Below, one piece after another: positions 25,754 to 31,867 of a stretch of DNA of 31,867 nt (its first letter is position 1; the number at the start of each line of letters is the position of its first letter). Source of the DNA: Promethearchaeota archaeon (GTDB lineage: Archaea; Asgardarchaeota; Lokiarchaeia; Sigyniarchaeales; SOKP01); assembly GCA_048938025.1 (NCBI GenBank), contig JBHLMP010000044.1:1-31867 (forward strand), given 5' to 3'. Made by a program: the position numbers and the translations under genes. The notes below the pieces were generated by a model. The model saw only the letters and a list, made by a program, of their open reading frames with translations, was not told where the DNA came from and searched no databases.

Positions 25754-25917
25754 TGCAGGGAGTGGGATTTGAACCCACGTACTCCTGTGAGACCGGATTT
25801 CTCATCAGAAATTGCAATAATCAACGGTAATCGTGTTTAACAGATCTTGAGTCCAGCTTATGAGATTTTTTCGCTCAAAAGAGTCCGGCACCGTTGACCA
25901 GGCTTGGTTATCCCTGC
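25754..25917 (-). tRNA. tRNA-Leu (CAA) with two introns: 25851-25882 (32/33, 32 nt) and 25799-25845 (37/38, 47 nt), separated by a 5-nt exon 25846-25850. CCA is not encoded.
   Basis: GCAGGGA/TCCCTGC acceptor stem, A73, long variable arm TCTCACAGGAGTAC, GTGGG-TTCAAAT-CCCAC T-arm and CCGGA/TCCGG anticodon stem. Both introns have 3-4-3 BHB geometry. Confidence 0.9.
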
Positions 25918-25987
25918 TTGAAGAATTTTTTACATAAATTAATACTATGAAAAATAAAAACTATGATAAAAACCCTCTAGTATTCAG

Positions 25988-26224
25988 TTATGCGAATAAC
26001 ATAGGTAAAGTTATTACCAACATCATTACTGCCAACATTACAATTAAAAAAATACACTGGATCCTCCCTTTTTTCTTCTGTTTTCTCTCTTGTTCAATAT
26101 AGTTATCTTTACAGCCTTGGCTGCAAAATTTTCTATCAGTTGGCATTGCCTTACCACAAATAGGACAATGTAGATGAGGTCCCCATTTTTTTTTAATTTG
26201 ATCTTTCCACGAGGATTGAGACAT
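25988..26224 (-). CDS. DUF2116-family Zn-ribbon protein with C-terminal TM helix
   Basis: PHLHCPICGKAMP..RKFCS..C, a basic helix and a terminal hydrophobic segment. Lies downstream of pyrH. Confidence 0.85.
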   Translation of the reverse strand: MSQSSWKDQIKKKWGPHLHCPICGKAMPTDRKFCSQGCKDNYIEQERKQKKKGRIQCIFLIVMLAVMMLVITLPMLFA

Positions 26225-26301
26225 ACAATTTTCCTTTTAATTTGATTAAATTAAATGCTATATTAATTAAATAATCTTAGTTAAAATAATTTATGAGATC
26301 T

Positions 26302-27015
26302 TCAATCTTTCGAGATAATAGTCCCACTTATAGCTTTATCTCCACTCCAAAATTTTTCGAATTCACTAAGCTCTTTCCCAGACATTAGAAACACTTTAAT
26401 ATTACTGCGTTTTAAGATTTGTAAAGAAACAGCATCAAAAATACGATATTCTCCTGCAGCAGCCTGTTTAGAATAGGGCAGTTCTAAAATTAATTCTTGT
26501 AGTTCATCGTAATTAAGGTGTTTGAATATTTTTGCATCATCAAACTTTTTTGGATCTTTATCATAAATACCATTTACATCTGTTAGAATTACTAAATCTT
26601 GTGCGCCTATAAACTCTGCTACTTCAAGAGCTACAGAAGTTGTAGACTGTCCTGGTTGCAATCCACCCATTATAATAAATTTATTAAAAAGAATTGCTGT
26701 AGACAATTCCTCAATTGATTTTGGTACAAGTGGATAAGCAAAATCTTGAAAAGATGCTATAAGTAATTTCGAATTAATACGGGATATTTCAATACCAAAA
26801 GCATCACATAATGCTTCTGATCCATTAAACGATCTCACTGCATTTATATACTCTCTTGCAACTAGTCCCCCGCCACAAACAATAACATGAGTACCTGAAC
26901 ATTTCCTGCTTTTAAAAATCTTACAAAATTCAGCAATTTTTTTTAAATTAATTTTGCATTCTTCAGTAAATAATAGTGATCCGCCGATTTTTATGACGAC
27001 ATTTTTATCTTTCAT
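26302..27015 (-). CDS. pyrH: Uridylate kinase
   Basis: VIKIGGS, VCGGG.VAREYI, GGLQPGQST..VA, TDVNGIYDKDPK and AG.Y..FD motifs. Confidence 0.95.
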   Translation of the reverse strand: MKDKNVVIKIGGSLLFTEECKINLKKIAEFCKIFKSRKCSGTHVIVCGGGLVAREYINAVRSFNGSEALCDAFGIEISRINSKLLIASFQDFAYPLVPKSIEELSTAILFNKFIIMGGLQPGQSTTSVALEVAEFIGAQDLVILTDVNGIYDKDPKKFDDAKIFKHLNYDELQELILELPYSKQAAAGEYRIFDAVSLQILKRSNIKVFLMSGKELSEFEKFWSGDKAISGTIISKD

Positions 27016-27174
27016 TGATTTTCACACATAAAGATTTGTTTAACAAAATTTAGTTAATATTCAAGAGTGCATACAAACTGATATATATTTTATATTTTTA
27101 TTCATAATATTTTCATTCAATTTATCCTTTTATTAATATATAGTTGATTTAATAAATTAAGTTTCTTAACATAG

Positions 27175-28140
27175 ATGAACTTAGATTCAAAAGAAGTTAT
27201 TGTTGAAGTTCCTCACAGAATATCAGCATTCTTTGAGATTGTAGATAAAATTAATGATAAAAAAATAAGGAATCCTGAAAAAATTGGCTCAAGAGGAGCT
27301 GGCTTTAACGTTAGTGCTGTGGGCAGAACTAAAGTAATAATAGGAGGCGTGGATGAATTAGATAAAAATGGATTAAATATATATATTAACAAAAAAAAAG
27401 TTAACCAAAAAGCCGAAACTACCTATTACATTTATAATTATATTAACAAATTTCATTTATCGAAGTCTATTAAAATTGAAATTTATCATGATTTTGATTT
27501 ACCTGTTGGATGTGGATATGGAGCAAGTGGTTCAGGAGCTTTAGGTGCAATATATGGTTTAAACCAAGTTTTAAATTTGAACTTATCGAAAATTGAAAAA
27601 GGTAGAATTGCTCATATTGCCGAAGTTGTAAATCGAACAGGATTAGGTACAGTATGTGGACAATTGGCAGGTGGATTATGCATATTAAAAGAACCTGGGT
27701 ATCCCTGTATTTTTGAGCGTATTGTCTTTCCTAAAGATTTAATAATTATTAGTGGATCTTTTGGGATAATCCCTACCAAATCTATTTTAACAGATCCCGT
27801 ATTAAATTTGAAGATAAAGATAGCCGGTAGAAGGGCTTTAGAGAAATTAGCTTCCAAACCAAATATAAAAACCTTTATTAATGCTGCAATTGAATTTGTA
27901 GAAGAAACAGAGATTCTTAAAATCTTAAACTTAACTGAAGTTAAAGAGTTAATGACGAGTTTAAATAAATTGAATATATTAGGAGCAAGTATGAATCAAT
28001 TAGGACGTTCAGTATATTGTATTTGTAAAAACAGGAATAGAGAGCAAGTCTTAGAAATATTTAATTCATATAAACCACAAATAGAAATTTATAACTTATT
28101 ATTTAACGATAAAGGACCTCAAATTCTGAAAAATATTTAA
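27175..28140 (+). CDS. pok: Pantoate kinase (GHMP family)
   Basis: VP..IS.FF, GSRGAG, LPVGCGYGASGSG, AHIAEV...TGLG.V..Q..GG, PG.P and SMNQLG motifs. Confidence 0.92.
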   Translation: MNLDSKEVIVEVPHRISAFFEIVDKINDKKIRNPEKIGSRGAGFNVSAVGRTKVIIGGVDELDKNGLNIYINKKKVNQKAETTYYIYNYINKFHLSKSIKIEIYHDFDLPVGCGYGASGSGALGAIYGLNQVLNLNLSKIEKGRIAHIAEVVNRTGLGTVCGQLAGGLCILKEPGYPCIFERIVFPKDLIIISGSFGIIPTKSILTDPVLNLKIKIAGRRALEKLASKPNIKTFINAAIEFVEETEILKILNLTEVKELMTSLNKLNILGASMNQLGRSVYCICKNRNREQVLEIFNSYKPQIEIYNLLFNDKGPQILKNI

Positions 28141-28164
28141 AAAAAGAGATTCTTCTTATGGAAT

Positions 28165-28683
28165 TTATTGGAATATATTATTAAATATATCACTAATATT
28201 ATGGCAATTTCTTATACTATAATCATTCCATAAATTATACTTCAAAATAATTTTATTTGCTTTCTTACCTAAATGTTGAAAATTATTTTTGCTTAAGTAT
28301 TTAATTCCTTCTTTATAATTTTGAGGAACTTTTATATATATGTATGCCAATCCTTTTTGTTTTTGAATACTTAAGAATTCTTTTAACAATTTTTCTCCAA
28401 TTTTTTTATTACGAGAGATAGGATTCACAAATAATAAGTGTAAGTACATGATAGGGACTAATTTCTCTAGTGAATCCAATTTTTGACTCTTATCTTCAGC
28501 TATTAAAATACCCACTAATATATCATTAAGATGAGCTGATAGAACAAAAAAATCTTTATTTAAAAACTTATTCTTAAAATCATCAATAAAATCTATAAAC
28601 TCTTTTGCACATAAATCTAAATCAGTTAAACTTTCATTATTTGCCGGTCTAATCTCAATTTTTAAGTTAGATGTTCGAGACAT
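28165..28683 (-). CDS. GNAT-family acetyltransferase (divergent)
   Basis: YLHLLFVNP.SRNKKIGEKLL motif A and GI.YL.KNNF motif B. Confidence 0.75.
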   Translation of the reverse strand: MSRTSNLKIEIRPANNESLTDLDLCAKEFIDFIDDFKNKFLNKDFFVLSAHLNDILVGILIAEDKSQKLDSLEKLVPIMYLHLLFVNPISRNKKIGEKLLKEFLSIQKQKGLAYIYIKVPQNYKEGIKYLSKNNFQHLGKKANKIILKYNLWNDYSIRNCHNISDIFNNIFQ

Positions 28684-28693
28684 TGTTAAGAGA

Positions 28694-29425
28694 TTATTTG
28701 TATAATTCTTGCTTTAAATTTTGTATTAGATCTGCCTTTATCATTCCATTAGTTCTATCATTTCCCTCACATATAACGCTTCTTACACCAATTATATCAG
28801 GAGAGATCTGCTTAATTTTAGGTAAAACTTTAAGATTTATATTTCCAGCTAAAGCAACTCTAAGATTCGATTTTATGGCTTTATTTTTAAACTCAAGTAG
28901 TTGATCAACATTTAAAAAATCAAATAAATTTTTTTCATCTTTAATATAAGTATCTAGCATAGCAATTTCAGCTCCAGATTTAGTTGCTATTTCTGGAATT
29001 GATAAAAATTCAGGTGATGTTTCCATTCTAGAATAATCAGCATAACCAGCAGCTACGACTAGGATATTTTTATTAAAATCTTTTACTGCTTTAACAACAT
29101 TCTTCATTAATTTAATACCCTGTTCCTTATTTTTTGGACCTTTCAATCCTACTTTTATAATATCTGCTCCTGAAACTGCTGCTCCTAAAGCAGCTAATGA
29201 AGCAGAACCCGGTAAATTAGGAAAATCACCAATAGTTGCACTTAACAATTGAGAACTATGATACGGGATTAGTTCTCTCATCATTTTAATCATCCAAGGA
29301 AAATTTGCCCCCAAAGATCCCTCTTCAGGGTTTTTACAATCTATGTAATCAGCTTGAGCATTAATAGCAATTTTAGCCTCTTCAATATTTTTAGGACTTA
29401 CTAATAGTTTGATTTTGTTCCGCAT
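28694..29425 (-). CDS. mfnB: (5-formylfuran-3-yl)methyl phosphate synthase (methanofuran biosynthesis)
   Basis: LLVSP..EEA, ID.KNP.EGSLGANFPW, SATIGD, IKVGL, MLDT..KD, ALAG and PDIIGVR motifs. Confidence 0.94.
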   Translation of the reverse strand: MRNKIKLLVSPKNIEEAKIAINAQADYIDCKNPEEGSLGANFPWMIKMMRELIPYHSSQLLSATIGDFPNLPGSASLAALGAAVSGADIIKVGLKGPKNKEQGIKLMKNVVKAVKDFNKNILVVAAGYADYSRMETSPEFLSIPEIATKSGAEIAMLDTYIKDEKNLFDFLNVDQLLEFKNKAIKSNLRVALAGNINLKVLPKIKQISPDIIGVRSVICEGNDRTNGMIKADLIQNLKQELYK

Positions 29426-29595
29426 AACTTATCTATATTAAGTAAAAAATATTTAAAATATTTTTTAGGTATTAATATATACTGCAATTTAATCTTAGTT
29501 AATTAACCTATAAAAAAATCTTAAATAAAAATATTACATAAAAATTTAAATTCAATTATTATTATTAAATATAAAATAAAATTTGGTAATGTATT

Positions 29596-30123
29596 ATGTC
29601 TCCAAAAGAAATTACAAAAGTAGACATGACTAATGAGGTTTTTAAAGAACCAATTGAAGTGATTAAACAATTATCTGATAATCTAGATTTAAAGTATACT
29701 AAAATAATACAAACCTATGTTATGGAAGATAGGCGATTAAATCTATCATTAGAACATCAAGGCTCTAGTTATTTTAAAGGAAAAGTAGTCTGGATTGGTA
29801 ATAAGAAAGATGATACTGATGGATCTATATTTTGTGTTGATACAAAAGATGAGCTCAAGCAAATTAATCCTACTGCGGAAAATACTGAAAAAGTAATTTT
29901 AGATATAAAAAAAGAATTAATTAGAGTTGAAACTGCGTCGAAAACAAAGTGTTCTGTATGCGGCAAAAATATAGAAATCTTTGATGAACTAACCGGTTGT
30001 CCTATATGTGAAGCAAAAGCGCATAAAGATCATTTAACAGATTGGGTAAGAATGAAACACTCTTGCCCTGTTTGTAAGAAATCTTTAAATGTATCAAGTA
30101 CAGGTGTGATTTTTATCGATTAA
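29596..30123 (+). CDS. RING-variant zinc-finger protein (putative E3 ubiquitin ligase)
   Basis: C-x2-C-x12-C-x2-C-x4-H-x2-H-x10-C-x2-C, with HxxxW and CPxC. Confidence 0.72.
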   Translation: MSPKEITKVDMTNEVFKEPIEVIKQLSDNLDLKYTKIIQTYVMEDRRLNLSLEHQGSSYFKGKVVWIGNKKDDTDGSIFCVDTKDELKQINPTAENTEKVILDIKKELIRVETASKTKCSVCGKNIEIFDELTGCPICEAKAHKDHLTDWVRMKHSCPVCKKSLNVSSTGVIFID

Positions 30124-30872
30124 TTTTTTTTGTTTTGCTTAAAACTTTTCAATTTATCAATATTTAATGATCCATCATATAAAGCAGTAGCAATTAATAC
30201 ACCTGAGAAATTTTGTTCTTTATAACTTATTATATCATTGAAATTTTTAATACCTCCTCCTACCAATATGTTTCCCTTGAAAGAACGCAAAATTTCTAGA
30301 TATGATAAAGGAATACCTCCCAATTTCTGCCCAACTCGATATAAATCTAAAAGTATAATTTCCCTAATCCCTATTTCTTCTATTTTTTTAATCACTTTCA
30401 AAGGTATTTGGTTCTTTATTTCTTTAATACTTGAGATGATTTTTCCCTTATACATATCTATACTTACAATTAATTTATCAAACCCTACAATATTTATAGC
30501 GTCAGAAATTATTTGAAAATCTCCCATTGTTTCTAAACCCAAAATTAATTTATTAAAAGCAAATTTAGAAAAAACTAAAAGATCTTTTCTATTTCTAATT
30601 CCTGGATCTATCATTATATTTACATTTAAAGTCTCTAATATTTCCCTATATAAGTCTAAATTCGGTTTTTTTTTAATAATAGCATCTAAATCTGCAATAT
30701 AAAATTCATAAAAGCAAATTTGTTGCTTTAAATCTTTTATAATTTCAATTGGATTTGAAAATTTAAAAATCTTGGATTTTAAAGGCTCATATTTACCTCT
30801 TTCACCTTTTACCGCATGTACCGCTTCAGAATTTAATATATCTATTACGGGTATAATTTTAAAGCCGACCAT
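30120..30872 (-). CDS. HisA/HisF-related TIM-barrel protein (type associated with C1-cofactor gene clusters)
   Basis: IIPVID....AVHAVKG.R..Y.P, YIADLDAI, LGLET, ILLDL.RVG...G, VGGGI and ATALYDG motifs. Confidence 0.85.
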   Translation of the reverse strand: MVGFKIIPVIDILNSEAVHAVKGERGKYEPLKSKIFKFSNPIEIIKDLKQQICFYEFYIADLDAIIKKKPNLDLYREILETLNVNIMIDPGIRNRKDLLVFSKFAFNKLILGLETMGDFQIISDAINIVGFDKLIVSIDMYKGKIISSIKEIKNQIPLKVIKKIEEIGIREIILLDLYRVGQKLGGIPLSYLEILRSFKGNILVGGGIKNFNDIISYKEQNFSGVLIATALYDGSLNIDKLKSFKQNKKN

Positions 30873-31049
30873 AGAATTTAACTACAAATAATTTCTATAA
30901 TTAATACAAAAGTTCAAAAAATTACAGATATGGAATACTCTTTTTTTTTTTAAAAATTGATATTAATTAATTATTAAATAATTTTATTTTTAAAGTATAA
31001 TTTCTAAAATACCATTGATTAATCAAACCGCAAATTTGTTGTGTTTTAT

Positions 31050-31867
31050 ATGAAAACTGAGGCATATATTAGGAAAATAATTGAAAATACAGGGTTAGAA
31101 AGAAAGGAAATTGAACAATTAGTTGAAGAAAAGAAGACAGAGTTAAAAGGTTTAATTTCTGATGAAGGTGCTTTATTTATTATTGCTAAAGAGTTAGGAG
31201 TTGATATAAAGGAAGAAACTAGAAAGCTCCTAGAAGATATTGATATTAAGGTTGCTGATATTAACGTAAATATGAAAAATATAACTCTGATAGGCAGGGT
31301 TAAAGAAATCAATAGAGTTTTCACTTTTAATAAAAGTGATGGTAATGTTGGAAAAGTAGGATCCTTTTTATTACATGATGATACCGGAGATATTCGAATT
31401 GTCTTATGGGATGATCACACAAATGTCTTTCAAGAAAATAATTTTGTTAAAAATGAATTGGTTAAGATTTTAAATGGACATGCCAAAAAGGGTAAATATG
31501 AAGAAGTAGAAATTCATGTTGGTAATTTTGGAAAGTTAATCTTGTCACCCGATGATATTGATTATAAAAATTATCCTAAAATAAAAGAGGAATTTGTGCC
31601 AGTTAATAGTATTGATTTAACAATGAAATCAGTCGCTATTGAAGGTAAAGTAATACAAAATTATCCAATAAAAGAATTTGTAAAAAAAGATGGAGGAACT
31701 GGAAAAATAGGGTCTCTTATTTTGATGGATTCTACAGGATCTATAAGAGTTACTTTTTGGAATGAAGAAACTCAAAAAATTAAAGAAATTGAGCAGGGAA
31801 ATTTTATATCAATTACTAATTTGAATCCAAGATTAAGCAATCTTGATTCTACAACAATAGATTTATT
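31050..31867 (+). CDS. Replication protein A large subunit (multi-OB-fold ssDNA-binding protein), 3'-truncated and absent from the ORF track
   Basis: Open frame from ATG 31050: MKTEAYIRKII...GLISDEGALFIIAKELGV, then OB repeats F.KSDG..GKV..DDTGDIRIVLWD and F.KKDG..GKI..DSTGSIRVTFWN. Confidence 0.92.
   Translation, partial: MKTEAYIRKIIENTGLERKEIEQLVEEKKTELKGLISDEGALFIIAKELGVDIKEETRKLLEDIDIKVADINVNMKNITLIGRVKEINRVFTFNKSDGNVGKVGSFLLHDDTGDIRIVLWDDHTNVFQENNFVKNELVKILNGHAKKGKYEEVEIHVGNFGKLILSPDDIDYKNYPKIKEEFVPVNSIDLTMKSVAIEGKVIQNYPIKEFVKKDGGTGKIGSLILMDSTGSIRVTFWNEETQKIKEIEQGNFISITNLNPRLSNLDSTTIDL

Noticed and set aside
25799-25845. Intron 2 of tRNA-Leu as a bona fide box C/D guide RNA
   Set aside because: CUGA and UGAUGA overlap, and the antisense element is not directly 5' of a D box. 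Kept only as a side hypothesis.
25754-25917. Annotation as tRNA-Lys(CTT) with one long intron
   Set aside because: The body has Leu features, position 37 would be U, and two well-formed BHB motifs give CAA.
6459-31324. Antisense ORFs such as 6459-6659, 7074-7271, 9037-9396, 10171-10416, 11284-11538, 13461-13992, 15891-16245, 21311-21565, 27612-27857, 28671-28904, 30238-30516 and 31046-31324
   Set aside because: They are shadows of well-supported genes on the opposite strand.
1-31867. CRISPR arrays, transposases, integrases, prophage or att sites at the tRNAs
   Set aside because: I saw no regularly spaced repeats, mobile-element genes or duplicated tRNA 3' ends.

Overview
Strongly AT-rich archaeal chromosome segment, most likely an Asgard archaeon (Lokiarchaeia-like). 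This rests on a Loki-type profilin, an enlarged ES9 in an unlinked 23S rRNA, a Get3-type ATPase, a RING-type protein, PAC2- and PAC4-like proteasome chaperones and RPA1/RPA2-like genes. It is mostly housekeeping: the 5' part of 23S rRNA, CoA genes (panE, pps, pok), aRF1, ncsA, the aIF2beta-DUF424-NMD3-RIO1-Dim2 cluster, ftsZ, rpo12, tfb, pyrH and mfnB. I see no mobile element or CRISPR array. The most unusual elements are (1) two tRNA genes that each carry two BHB introns, including a tRNA-Leu(CAA) whose anticodon sits in a 5-nt micro-exon between mutually exclusive splice structures and whose second intron can pair with the tRNA's own D-arm; (2) a profilin fused to an extra C-terminal helical domain, followed by a polybasic Zn-binding protein; (3) a long, structured 23S leader. 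All assignments were made by eye from motifs, without database searches or folding software.
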